Origin: Raillietiella orientalis
Taxonomy: Eukaryota
NCBI GenBank assembly: GCA_036172245.1
Contig: JAYWIR010000039.1
Span: 1,488,001-1,552,000, forward strand
DNA: 64,000 nt
Direction of reading: 5' to 3'
Below, in pieces: positions 41,548 to 55,269 of the stretch (position 1 is its first letter; every line of letters begins with the position of its first letter). A program made the position numbers and the translations under genes. Below the pieces are notes generated by a model. That model had not been told where the DNA came from, did no database searches, and saw only the letters and a list, made by a program, of their open reading frames with translations.

Positions 41548-44500
41548 ATGTTCAAATTCATTCGTGGCAAAGGACATTCCATAGCAGTTGATCGAAAAAT
41601 CAAAGATTTATTTCACTTCAGGAAGGTATGTGTTTGTTCATTTTTTATTACATTACTATATTCAGAGAAATTTGTGTTTTTTATTTCCTCTCTTTGATAT
41701 CGGTGTCATCATAGTTTCCCTCTTGAAGGTTTCATTGTATTTCTATATCTGGTGTACCACCCTCCTAAAGTCATTGAACTTCTTCAACCTTGTTTTGTTG
41801 ATTTGGAAGAAATACGTAATCTCCACAGGATTGTGAGGTGCCAACCTTCTGGGTAAAAGGATCATGAACACAGTTCATTCAGTTTCCTTTGATTACAGTA
41901 GTATCCTCTGTTGTATCTGGTTATCAGCAAATTCAATTGATCTACTCCATCAAAATATTTCCAAACAGCCCTTATTGATTTTAAAAAATGCCCAAACACT
42001 TAATCTCTGCCGAATATGTGTAAAAATTGGTTTGTCTTTCTGTACTTTTGCCCAGCTGTGTTAAATTTATGTCAAAAAATCATCGTAATTTGTCAATATA
42101 GAAAGTATTTTCGTATGCAGATGCTTTATTCTTTAAGCTTCATTTTATGATGACTTATTTTAGCATTTGCTTGACTACTTTTTTTATCCATCCATCCATT
42201 AAGAAATTGTGTTGGAATTTGTAAGTGCGGATTGTTAATTCCAATGGCTGTTTTTTCTTGTTTGTAATGCTGGTTACAAAATATGGTGCATCAGCATTTT
42301 TTTTTTTTACCAAAGTTCAAGTTTTTAAATGTTTATTGCACAATTGTAGATAAAATACAAACATGTTTTAAAAAATCAATGACAGATGCTGTTTTTAAAT
42401 TTCTCAAGTTTCTGGTGTAGAGTATTTTTGCTTATTTGTTTAGCCACTACACTGTAGAGAATAAAATCCAGTTAATGCTTGACAAAAAAGATCAGAGTAG
42501 CCTTAAATTTTCATTCTGTTTTAAAGCAAAAGTTTTTTCATAACCTATGTCCTTGTGTAGGGTAAATGGGTTTGTTGTAGCTTAGTTTGTAATATGAAAT
42601 GATAGACTGATGAAATCTAAAATGTATCTTCAATACACTGAGAACTAAAACTACAGCATAGCAGTTATGAAGTTTTTTGCTTTTAATCATCACATATCTG
42701 CTTACAGGAGCATCACATTAGTGTTTCTTCACATTTCAAATTGATCTGTTTTTCTTTTTGGGAATCTCTTTCCAGATTTTTGGGTATAGCAGCTTTTATT
42801 GTATGAAGACATGGGTTTACAGTATCTCGTTACTTATGATGTTTCAAAATTTTTGAAAAAGATTATCAGTAGGTTGGAGCTAATTGATTTAATATTATGT
42901 CAGTTGTTTGAATGTATATCTGTATGCCCGAAACATAACTCTAGAATTCTATTTGCTTAAATTACAGGTCACAACACATGGCTTTCCATCAAAATCAACT
43001 GCCTTAGCATGGGATCCATGTTTAGGTTTGCTTGCAATTGCTACCAAATTTGGAGAACTTAGAATGTAAGTTTTCAGTGCCCACATTATTTTTTAATGTA
43101 AATAAAAAATCGAATTAGTAAAAATATATCGCCCTTGTAGGGTTTTTTGTGTGTTTGTGTGTATGTGTGTGTGTTTTTTTCATTCATCTCCTTGAACATT
43201 ATGAAATGAAATGATTATGTAAATTTTGATATTTTCATTCTACTAAAATCATTAAAGAATACTTGCAGTCATTGTTACATTTGCAATATGAAAATATTTT
43301 AGAAAGTCTTTTTACATACATTGTGCCATGAAAAATGTTAGTATGTAAGATGCATAATCTGTAAAGATCAAGTGAGTCTTCATTAGGCAAACAGCAACTT
43401 TAAGTGATTCTCTCAGCAGTTTTTGTTCTTAATGACTTCAGTTTTTAAGACTTAATTACATGAAAATCTAAAATGTAAAAAGGAATCTCAGAATAAAGCA
43501 TTTGGACAATTATTGCTTTTGCCCTCATGATGTCACAAGTTGTCTGCTTCTGTCTATAACTAGACTGTTTTTTACAGTAAGAGTAATAATTAAATTGATT
43601 GGTGCTGTTTCTCAGCAGTTGAATCCATTTTATCATATGCTGTTTTTCTAAGAAAGATTGTGTGCACATAATTTTAATATTAATGTTTAATGGGATTAAT
43701 AGTATATTTAATGATTAAGTCAAATTGAGGTTTTCCTTTAGAGTTTTAAAGTAAACTTTTTTTCAGATATGGATCTCCTGGTGTTGAATTTGTAGGAAAC
43801 AGTAAAAGCAATAGTTTAATATTGCAAATTTTTTTTGTAGTTAATCAGGTATGCTTTCAGAGAGGGAATGAATGTATAAATGAATTTTTAAAGTTACGTA
43901 AATAAACAGGTGACATGCATTTTTAAAGTTTTAATCATGTTCTGTGTGTTAATTATGAATAATAATAAAAAAACGTTTTGATTGCATATGATGTGTTGTC
44001 CGGAAATTCATTTGAGAACTCAAGAATCAGATTTCTTAATATTGATTTGCAGTTTTTACTGAATTCTGAAAGAATTCTTAGCCTAATATTAATATCTGTA
44101 CTAGTCATATTTTATAAATCAAGAGTCTTAGTCAAGGTAATATTTTTGTATGTCATATTCTTAAATTCTGTTAATGGTGGATAGTTATGTTAATGTGTAA
44201 ATGTCGATTACAATGTTCATTAAAAAAATACTGTAGTATGTTGTTGGATGAAATTTCATGGAAAACCAACGAATTTATGTAGAATAGGTGATTTTTTTAT
44301 CATTTGTTATTGGAGTTTCACATTCTGTTATATCAAGTACAAATGTAAAAGTGTAGTTGTTTTTTTCTTGAATATTATTGTGGTGTTTCTGTGAACCTTG
44401 GAACAGTCTTTATGGGATCACTTTTGTCATATTAGTTCAATTTTCTTAAAAAACAAAACTTTTTGCTTATACATGTGCATCAAATTTTTCCTACATAAAA

Positions 44501-47500
44501 AAGATGCAAAAATTCATCAAAACCATAAGTAAGGTCAAGAACGAAAACTGTAAGTTTTTTGGTTTTTTCTACATGAAAGAAATTAGACAGCTCTATGGAT
44601 TTTCCAACTTGTGCCTGCAAAATTGTGACAGCAATTGCTTATCAAATTTATATTCCATTTTTTGTGCAAGGCAACAAATAAAAAAATTTATTTTCAAATG
44701 AATTCAAGAATTTATGTTTTTCTAGTGAGGGACTTTATGTAAAATTTGATGTTTGTGAATACTTGCCTAATACTCCATATTGGATGTGCTGCACATATTT
44801 ATTTGAGAATTCTCAGTGTAGTCGAGAATTCTAAGTATAGTTTTTCTATTCCTGATCCAGCTATGATTTATCTCTTATGTTGAACACTTCATCTGGTTTC
44901 CGATTTTTGTTGTATAATGTTTGCAGCTCTAGCAGAAACATGTTGCCTTATTTTTAGCTGCATATTATCTAAAAACACGCTCATCTTCTAGGTATTTGCT
45001 CGCTTTGGAATGAGGTCTTTTTTATTTGTCATGTATGCAGAATCTTTTTTCCTTAAAAAATAATTTTTTCAAGGTCAAATGTTTAAAGTTTTTTAAAATT
45101 CATAGTAATTTCAGGTAATTGTGTAGTTGCTATAAGGTTACTTTAGAATGCTATTCCGAATACTCCAAATTGCATCTCGTCAAGTTGGTCATTTTGATCA
45201 AACTTCTGATTGTAATGTATATGGAGAAAAAACAATATCAAAGTATTATGTGAACAAAAATTCATCCAAATCAATGAAAAGTGCCATAATTCATTGGATA
45301 ATTATTCTTAAAAAGTTTTTATCTTTTCTAGAAGGCAATTGAAAATATGATGCAAAATGATTAATAATTTTCTTAAAGAGCTTCTTCAATGCCGAAAGTT
45401 CTGTACTACAAAAGTGCTAAATGCAAAGATTAACTAATCACAATACAAAAACACGAACATAAATGATTAAGATTCAGTTTTTTCTATATAGCAAGCAAAG
45501 AGGTCCATGTTTGTTTCCAGTTTCTTTTTTAAATTGTTTCACAAAATGAAATTTCCATTTCAAAAATTTGATTTTGACTTTTAAATGAAGTTTAAATTCA
45601 GGAAACTTCAATATAATATTCATTATGAAAGGCTTTTGTAAATCAGAAATGTACATAACCTGTTATAAAGTGTATTTCCATTTCTTTTAATTCCATGCAT
45701 TTAACCGAATTCATTATGTTATTTCATAAATCGTATATTTTTATTTAGTTGTATATGTGTGTACGTATGGAATATAGAATACTCGATTATGATCGGGAAT
45801 TCATGGGGAATTCATAGCTTTTTCTAAGTAGTAGTTGTCCTAGTTTAGTTTTTTGACTGTATCAAAATATTGAAGCATTAACAGATGTTGTTAAAGTCTT
45901 TTGTAATTCGTTGAGTTGTATTCATTTATTTACATGCATATTTGAATTTTTTTGCCATGGAATGTTGACTAGTACGTTATTTCATAGTTTTTTTTTTTTT
46001 CTACTGATTCTTCATAACTATGTGTTTGATTCTTTGAAAGTCTAGGTCCAAAAAGTATCTCAAAAGTCATGTATTTTCCATTTTAGGGAAAATTAGTCAC
46101 CCTGCATGCTGATAATTCTCTTCATTTATGGGAACTTCAAAATGACTGTGATAACTCCTGGAATTTATTGGAAATTAATTCAAACAGTTGGGAAGGGAAA
46201 CTTAACAAGATTTCAACTTGTTGCATGGAACTGTCTGGAAAAAAAATATTTCTAGGAACAGAGGGAGGAAATATATATTCTTTGGCAATAGATAAATTTG
46301 AAAAGGAGAATCTCACAATTTACCAAGACATTGTTATGCAAAAGTGAGTTTTATTCTGTCAAACATTTGAATAATACTGTGATTTGAGAAAATATTTATG
46401 TTACTTTTTATTATTAAGACATATTTTTGTATGAAATAGTGTTCCAGATAATTATAAAATAAATCCTGGTGCAGTAGAGGTAATTTTAGAACATGAAAGA
46501 CATCCAGATAAGCTTCTGATTGGTTATAATAGAGGATTGATTATATTGTGGGATAGGCTCTTGTTGAAAGCCAGCAAGGTTTGATTCCTAATATTTTTTT
46601 TCAAAATCAGGATTATCCTTTAGAAAGACTATGCATGCTCTGAACTTGAGAATCTATTAGAAAGTGCTACTTTATGGCTTGATTTTCAGGTGTTTATTGC
46701 AGAGCATCAAGTGGAAAGTATTTGTTGGCATCAAGATGGCACGAAATTTGTTTCATCATATAATGATGGTTCATATTTTATTTGGTCTACATGTGATACC
46801 TCTCCTCCTGAGGTCCAAATGCCATTTGGACTGTCTTCCTGCAAAAGTATCACAAAAATACAGTGGTTTGGCTCCTTGGGGTAAAATCATACCTTATTCA
46901 TCTGTTGTAATGTTGTTTCATTAGAATTTATTCTGTGTTGTAGTATGTAATATAAACTAACATTCACTATGTCAAAATGGAAAAATGCTTGAAAACTTAA
47001 ATCACATGTTTGGTGATCTTTTGGAATTCACAGAGTTAGGCTACCAATCTGAAAAAGAATGCGAATGCAAAGTTCAATTTAAATGAGTTTGAGCATTAAA
47101 ATTTAAAAATTGAGACCTTATTCTGCTCATCAGCATTTTTACTTTTTTCTTTCAGTGGATCATGATTGATACGATAACTGCATAACTCATATAAATGTAT
47201 GCAATAAGTTTGGATTTTGCAATAATTAAAGTACTGCTTGTGTCTTTTCTGTTCAAGAATAATTATTTAAGTCATGCACTTTGGATTTATGTGTTTGATC
47301 TTGTATTGCGCTTTTGTGCTAGTTCGCAAAACATTTTCTGATATAAGCATTGACAATTTTTTGTTTTTTTTTGCAGTTGTGAATTCCTTGTTTTTTCTGG
47401 TGGACTTCCAAGAAATTCCAATGATGATAAACATGTTGTAACTGTTAAAAAAGATAAAAGTACTGTTTGCTTTGATTTTACATCAGCTATAGTTGACTTC

Positions 47501-50500
47501 ATCGTAATTTCAAACTCAGGTATTTATATTTAAGGAATTTGATCGAATATCCATTTGGTTTTCTTTACCAGTTGGTTCTCCTGCACTGATTATATTGGCA
47601 GAGGAAGAATTAGTTGCCATAGATTTAAAAACTGATGGTTGGCCAATTTTTCCTCTCCCATATTTATCTGCTATTCACTGCTCTGCGATTACAACTTTTC
47701 AGTTGGTGACAAGTGTTGATAAAGGAATTTATGACCAAATAAAAGCAGTGGGATATACTCAAATGAAACACAGCAATGTATCCTCTGAGGTAGGTGATTT
47801 TGAGATCAACAAACGTGAATGATTAAAATAAAGTGATTTATTCGTCACTTCCTAATTCTTCTAAATTTTTCTCTTCATTTGCATCATAGTTGTCCATGTA
47901 ATAGCATTTTCTGAAACATGATAATCTTACAATGAAAAAAGTTAATTTCTATTATAGTGCATTTCATTTTCTTGATTTAATAAAACTTGTTAAAATCCAT
48001 GTTAATAAAATGAAATCAGTTTCTGAATCGAAAAAGAGAAGAAAAATTCCTAGTGCATGTAATGTGCATTAATTGTTCCTCTTGTCCTGAATATATATCT
48101 TGAAGTGCATACTATTATCATTTTCATTCTGCACTGAAAGATATGCCAGAAGAAGAAAAAGGGGAAATTGTTTAATCTGGACTTTGAAAGTGTAATAACA
48201 TTTTACTTGTAATTGGTTCAGTTCCATAATTTTCGAACTTTCACCAAAAATTTCGATTTAGTTGTATTTTTGCCTTAGAAAGGCACACTCATTGAGGTGT
48301 AGTTGCTTGTTTTCACTCCCTTCCCCTACAAACTGCACAATAAACAATCTTCAGTTATACCCATTGTTTTGCAGCTGATTTTCTTATCCTTTTTGTCTTT
48401 ATTCTTGCCCATATTTTGATTTCATTTTTATGTTAGATATATTGATTATAATCCTTATTCTGGATAGCTTTTCATAATTCAAAAGCAGTTTGTGTCTATA
48501 ATTTGAGAATAAACATTATTGCATAATATTCAAAGTCAATACGTGCAAACAAAGTATTAATATTTTGTCTTTCCAGAAATTATTGAATTTGTAGCAATTT
48601 ATTTCAATCATATTTTATATATATCTAACAATATTTCATTTTATTTTTCGTAGATTTGTTAAACAGTGCTTTGATCATGTATGTTTACATGCCTTATGTT
48701 AATTTCTTTCCTTTCCTTTCTTATACTGTGTGCAGAATTAATTAAGAAATTTATCTCCCTAGCCTTGGCCTATATTTGGTGGGACATTTGAAGCACAAGA
48801 ACCATTAAAGCTTCAGATCCTTATAACTGGCCACGAGGACGGGGCAGTACGATTTTGGGATGCATCATCAATATCACTTTATTTGCTTTACAAATTTTCC
48901 ACTCAGCAAGTTTTTACCAATGATGATCCACTTCCTGAGAATCAGGATGATGAAGAGTTTGAGTGTCCACCCTTTCGAAAGGTGGTTACAAGTGTTACAG
49001 ATTGCAAAGTAACTTTAATTTTAAAGGTTGGACAATTTGATCCATACACAGATGATCCTCATCTTGCTATAAAACAAATCTGCATGTGTCCAGCTTCAGG
49101 AACTGTTGCTATAGGTGGTGCAGCTGGGCAAATTGTTATAGTAGAAATAACTGATCAGATGATCAAAAAGTGTCTTGAGGTTTGTTATGCATTTTTTCTT
49201 CTAATTAAAGTGTCTTGACATCGTTAGTATGATTAATGTTTGCTAAACTGTGGTGATTAAGTTTGGCCACTGAGATATGTGGATTCAACCAAAATTGTAA
49301 TCTTAGATTTTGGACAAGTTTTAGAGTTTTACATGATATTTTTCTGAGAAGCAAAGGATTTTTTCAAAAGCGAGAATAAAATCCTTTAAATTCATTGAAC
49401 TGACAGTGCAGAGTCAAAAAAAAAAAAAGGAAAATTGATTTGAAGATACCTTTAGAAGTATTCTTTGAAAAACTTTCTCTTTTTTCCGAAGTATGTAACC
49501 CAGTAATGGTTCTGTGGAAAAAAATTAAAACGAGAATGCTGATGACAGATTGAGAGTGAGAATGAAATATTTTTTTGTACAATGATGAATTGTATGCACA
49601 GTACCATTTAATTATTGGAATCTTGACTTGAGAAGATTGGTTACTTTCATGTTTGCTTTCATAATGTAAAGTCTTATACAAATCATAAACGTTTAATATG
49701 TTCAAAAAAAACACAGAATAAAGGTGACATAGCTTTTCTTTGTTTTGTATGTGTGCGAACATTGCAAGCACTTTCAAAATACAGTAGTAACCATGGCAAA
49801 ATAAAAAAAAAAAATCAGATGTTTTGGATTTGGACTTACATTATTTCTATTGAGGGAGATTTTCTTTACTTCTAAATTATTTTTGCTCTTCAAAAGTTTG
49901 CATGATAAACTGATGAACCTCTTGTCAAGTAGTGCTAGATAAAAAAATCTTTACATCATTATAAAAGTTCTAGTTTATCAAATCCAGCCACTAACCATAA
50001 CAATTTAAGGATTAATTTGAAAAGTAAAATATGTAATAATCTGGATAATATTCTAGCTGTATAAGAATCTGTGGAAAATTAAAGCAGTTGTGATCTCCTT
50101 TTTCAGTGTTCAAATTCAACAGTTAAAGGTCCCTACTAGACTTCATTCTTAGTTAAATTTTCAAGTTATTTATAATTCGAGATATGTCAGTTCAGCATAT
50201 CAAAGTACTGTACTCAGGTGTTCAGATTGCGTGATTATAACTTTATTATAAACTATCATTACATGATTATAGTACTGAAGAAGAAAAGAATGTTTAAAAA
50301 TTCCGATAAATCTTCCTCCCCCCCTTTTTTTTCCTTTAAATTCATCCACACAGTATGATATAAAATCAGCATTGTTGTGAGCATGTTATAAATTCTGGTA
50401 TTGCAAGCCTGAACTTTTTAACTGAATAAGTTTCATGTAAAACATTCAATTATAATATGTTGAAAAAGGCATTCAGTCAGAGCATGCATTTCTATAAGTT

Positions 50501-53500
50501 AATCCCCTTCAGGGATGTTGTGTATTAAGTGTTCCACATACCTCCAGTCACCTGTAAGTTGTTGGCATTATTATTTAAGCCCTTTTGGACACTTATAACA
50601 TCAACTGTTTAGCATTCAACCATTCCTTCTAGCTTTTAATAACTGCTCTGAAGATAGCATGATAGATACCCTTTACTTCCTCAATGACAGCTTTGTTTGA
50701 TTTTTGGATCTTGAATGCCTCAACATTTCACTTTGCCTCTCCTGATTATTAAAAAAGGCTACCTCCCATAGCCATTCCTTAATAATTCATCATTGTGTGA
50801 TGCAACTGAGATTAGAAAACATTGGTGTGATTGAGGGTTTTTTTTTTTTTCTTTTACTCATTTGCAACAAAACTGTATGCATGAATGTATGATAAAAAAT
50901 ACTAAGAGAAATATTATTTGGACTTTATGATATCAAATCAAAAACTTGTGTAACTCTCCTTTTTGTGAAGTCTTGCTATTATTTATATTCAGTTAATATT
51001 GTTTGATGGTTCAATTTATTGTAATCAACATTTATTAGTTTTCAGAATCATTTTCATATTGTAGTCAGTGAATTATTCAGCGTAACTTCATAGGATGATA
51101 TGGTTAAGCAAATTATGTATACATGTGAAATTTCACATAAATCATTCTTACTGGAATCTCAAAGCATGCTAATAAGAATACTTGTTGAACTGATCTTAAG
51201 TGATAGCTTTTAAACCCAGATGTCACAATTTTACTTCCCAACCCCAAAATTAATTGATTGAAGTGTTCGGTTGGTTTCTGTACAGAGGTATTTTGATACT
51301 GTATAATGAAGGAGACATGAAAGGATTTTATTCATGAAAATTATGTACTGTAATAGTATGCATAATACATGATTCGCTTAAATGTAGCTGTGTATTCAGT
51401 GTAGCATCACAGATGGCATAGGTACTTACACAATTGACTAAAGTAATGGTAACATATTTTTCAATCTACACAAAAAGCTTCTACAAAAACAAGTCAATAA
51501 GATTTTTGTTCATTGGAAAATTAAAAATGCTATCATGGTAAATAATAATGTAATGAGTTCATGTTTATAATTAAGAACAATGTATTAGATCTCGAGAACA
51601 TGTTATCTCGATTTCAATTAACTGAAATTTGGCATGCATGTCCTTTATGCTGTTTTCCTTGAAAATATTAAACTGGTCCTGATGGTTTTTTGTTAAAGAG
51701 TATTCCTTTTTTTTTTTCTTTGCAATGTGCAGTATTATGTAATCAACTTCGTCTCAGACCGAGATGGATTTACATGGAAAGGTCATGATCAGTTGAGTGT
51801 TGTGAAAGATGCTATTACATTTCAACCAGGATTAGTTCCCATTCAAGTACTCCAAGTTAATCCTCCTGCTCAAATCACTGCAATTACACTACAAACAAAG
51901 TGGCATTTAATTGGATTGGGAACACCCCATGGATTTGCACTTTTTGATTACTGTAAAAGAAGAATAATAATTTCTAGATGTATTTTAAATCCAAATGGTA
52001 AGCATATATATTAGTGGAAATTTTGACAATTACATTGAACATTTTTTAGAACTCGGTGCAGGCGAAAGTTTTTTATCAAGAAGAAAGTCATTTAAGAAAT
52101 CTCTTCGTGAATCATTTAGACGTTTGAGAAAAGGGAGATCTCAGAAATATCTTGAACGGAGAAAGATAACTGAGAACAGGCAAGAATGTGTAGCTTGTTT
52201 AATTGACTGCTCTTAAAGTTCGTATTCAAAGCAGTAACATATATGACAAATAAATAACCCAAACATCTTTGTAATTTTTTTGTATATGTGAAGCTCATGT
52301 GCCAAACGTAAACAGCAAAGAATATTTTGATTCTCAGTTAAAATCATTTGATCTCTTTAGTATTTTAAACTGAACAGATATTACTTCATCAACAGAATCA
52401 AAAATTAAAATTATATTCATCACTTTTTAGCTTTTAAAACTGTCCTGCAATTGTTTCATTTCAGATTAGATGGGTTAGCAGAAACAAATACTAAACCAGT
52501 AGAACGACAGATTGAAGCACGATCCATAGATGATTCAATTAATAACTCTGTCAGATCTTTGTATTTGATTGAAGCATGTGTTATATCAGGCAAGTTAATT
52601 TTCTTGAAACCTAAATAGCTGAAGCCTGATTAGATTAATTAACTAAGTGTACATATATTTCATAGCAACTGTGATGCAGCCATCATTTTGGGTGGGCACA
52701 AATAATGGGACAGTCTATATCCATACACTTATCATTCCAGAAAATAATGAGACAATAAGTGGACAAGTAATTGGGCAGTTAGGTGAATATAATATTTTGA
52801 GAATTGCTTTTATTTTATGTATTTTTTTATTCAAGCCAAAGAGATTCAGTTGAAGCATCATGCCCCTGTAATTGGTATCAGTGTTTTTGACTTGACATCT
52901 TTTAATTTGCCATGTTCCCATGGCGATAAAGTCCGAAAAGATCATTTCTATTCTCATAAAGTACTTGTTTGTTCTGAGGAGCAGTTAAAAGTGAGTTTGC
53001 AATGCATGCATGTGGTTATTTTGATTTCCTTAGGTATTTGTTTTACCAAACTTAAAACCATTCCTTAAATATAAATTGACAGCTTTAGAAGGTGCACGCA
53101 TTAAAAAATTTGGTATTGCTCAGTTCGTTTCTCCAGTGGACATCAACAATCGAGAGCTATGCGTGTTATGCATGACCAATTTAGGAGAAGTTTTAACGTT
53201 AAGTCTTCCAGATCTTCACCGTCATTTGGTAGCAACTTGTACAAAAAAAGAAGATGTAAAGTATGTTAACACATTTTGAACTATATGAATAGGACGTGAA
53301 TTTCCAGTGGCATATTAAGTACTGTTTTCAGTGAATTTGGAGATATATTTTTTCTGCACTCACCCAGTGAATTGCTTCATTTATCTTTAGCAGCTCACAC
53401 AGTTTTGGGTAGAGCTTTGAATGTGAAATTATCACTAGATAACAAAACTACATGTATGTACCATCAGAATTATCTCCATATGTAACTTTTTTGCTAGTTT

Positions 53501-53858
53501 CTGAAAATTCAAATCATGTTAAAAACACTGAGGAGTATAATTCAGTTGTAGAAAATGCAGAACCATGTACTGAAGACCAAGTTGACAAAGTTGACTCAAC
53601 AACCATCTCTGTAAATCATCAAATACAGACCCAGTAAGTCAAAAGGTATCAAAGATTATTAATTAAGTATATTTAGCAATAGGAAGAATGCCGAAATCGA
53701 AATTTCTGTTAAAAAATCTGAAGTTAAAACACAAATTAAACGGGAAGTAATAGAGGAGACTATATCAGTGATTAAAACGGTGGCGGTAGATAATGTAGCT
53801 GGTAGGTTAATTTGTTTTGTTATTTTTTATTGATATAATTTCAGATCAGGATAAGTAA
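41548..53858 (+). CDS. l(2)gl: Lethal(2) giant larvae (Lgl/LLGL) WD40 polarity protein. Approximate exons: 41548-41625, 42968-43065, 43768-43848, 46087-46343, 46440-46578, 46690-46880, 47377-47519, 47572-47789, 48763-48981, 49027-49179, 51733-51997, 52050-52179, 52465-52589, 52666-52782, 52835-52990, 53034-53260, 53308-53453, 53497-53633, 53677-53801, 53845-53858
   Basis: Motifs seen: N-terminus MFKFIRGKG...DLFHFRK; HGFPSKSTALAWDP; NPGAVEVI; LAEEELVAIDL..GWP..LPYL..IHCSAIT; LITGHEDGAVRFWDAS; PPFRKVGQFDPYTDDP; DRDGFTWKGH; aPKC target LSRRKSFKKSLRESFRRLRK; AKEIQLKHHAPV; VCSEEQLKVF. Confidence 0.95.
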
Positions 53859-54777
53859 ATGAAATAAGTAAATACGAAGATTATTGAAGTATAAAGTTTT
53901 AAAAAATCCGCCTTTTTTTCCATCATAAATGACACTTGTTTTAATTTAGTTGTTTTTTTTAAAAAAAATTCTTAATTGTATACTTATAATCTGTTTTAAA
54001 AAAAATATTTTTTTGAACTATTTTCTAGAAAATTCAGGTTACATTTCCGTTAAAGCAATTGTTTTTTACGTCTAGTAGAGTAAATTCTCATATTGTATAT
54101 TTTTATAAAATGTAGTTTATAATATCCCTTTCATCAAACTGCTGAGATGAAAGCATGGAATGATGCGTTTTATGCACGAATTTTATATAGATTTTATAGT
54201 TTCATAATAATAACAGTATTATTCTTACAGCGTTTTAATTTATTCAATGCTGATCCAAAACACGTTCTATTTATATTTCCAATTATATCTGAGAAGATGT
54301 AATTCCATAGTTAGGATTCACGTCGAGAACGCGAACATTAATGACTTGGAAAGGCTCTCGGGTTGATCAGAGGTAGCCGAGGCTTCTGATGACTTTGAAA
54401 CAAAAGTTCTCCGCATTTTGGGGTTTGATGAACAAAAGACACAAAAACAAGGTCGTGGAGTGAAACGGCATCAAATTGCTACACAATACGTAAGCAGCTC
54501 GAGATTGATGTACAACTCTTCAATAGTCAACTTTGCTGCCCAAACATCGAAAATTTTATGAAGACAGAGAGGGTACATAAGCGAACGTACGCTCGATGAC
54601 CATTGCATGTGTTCGTTTTTCATATGCATTTTCTTATAACAAGAACGTCCAATTTTTTTTTCAAAAGAAAAGGCGATTCGACTTCTCACAGGAGGAACAT
54701 TTGGCAACTTTTTGTGGAATGGACGGGGCAGGAAATTGGCATCCCTTCAGCGCTTTCATCCACATCGGATGTTCACA

Positions 54778-55269
54778 TTAAATAAACATTGGAGGCGTTG
54801 CACGTGCGTCTGGAAAACTAAAAGGAGGAAAAATGTTTTTGACGTTGAAGCTTGGGGTCACGTGACGTTGGAGGATTTGCTGCAGCAGGATTTTGCAACC
54901 GTGCATCTCCGAGAGGATGTATCTGCTGCCTTAGGAGAACTCCACCCCGCAGAAGGACACCACCGACATCACCAGCGCGAACACCCGCTGCTGGGGCTTG
55001 TGGGCGGACGCCAGCTCCGCCTCGGGGAACTGGTTGTTGCGGTGCGCCAGCCCGGCCTTAACTACCAGCTTGCTGATGTTCTTGACCAACTTCTCTGCCT
55101 CCTCCTCCGTGCATCCTCTCTCGGTCCTCGCCAACCGGTAGATGTCGTCCCAGAATCGGCTAGAGGTGTCGCCGATGAGCACTTTGGCCACCGTCTCGTT
55201 TGACATGCGGCTCAGGATTTTCTTCTGTATCCTCCAGGCCACGTCCTTTGCCAGGACATTTTCGGTCAT
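54778..55269 (-). pseudogene. TNFAIP8: TNFAIP8/TIPE (sigmar)-like pseudogene, intronless, with premature stop
   Basis: MTENVLAKDVAWRIQKKILSRMS...LIGDTSSRFWDDIYRL...EAEKLVKNISKLVVKAGLAHRNNQF...VVSFCGVEFS*. Homology continues in frame past the TAA at 54931-54933 (LLQQILQRHVT...VKNIF..FS). Confidence 0.85.

Noticed and set aside
3363..53858. Functional clustering of Notch/secretory-pathway genes (Hey, GRP94, iRhom, lgl)
   Set aside because: No evidence of co-regulation from sequence alone; adjacency is plausibly coincidental without synteny data.
54931..54933. Stop-codon readthrough or selenocysteine in the TNFAIP8-like frame
   Set aside because: The stop is TAA rather than TGA and the rest of the frame is also degenerate, so a pseudogene is more parsimonious.
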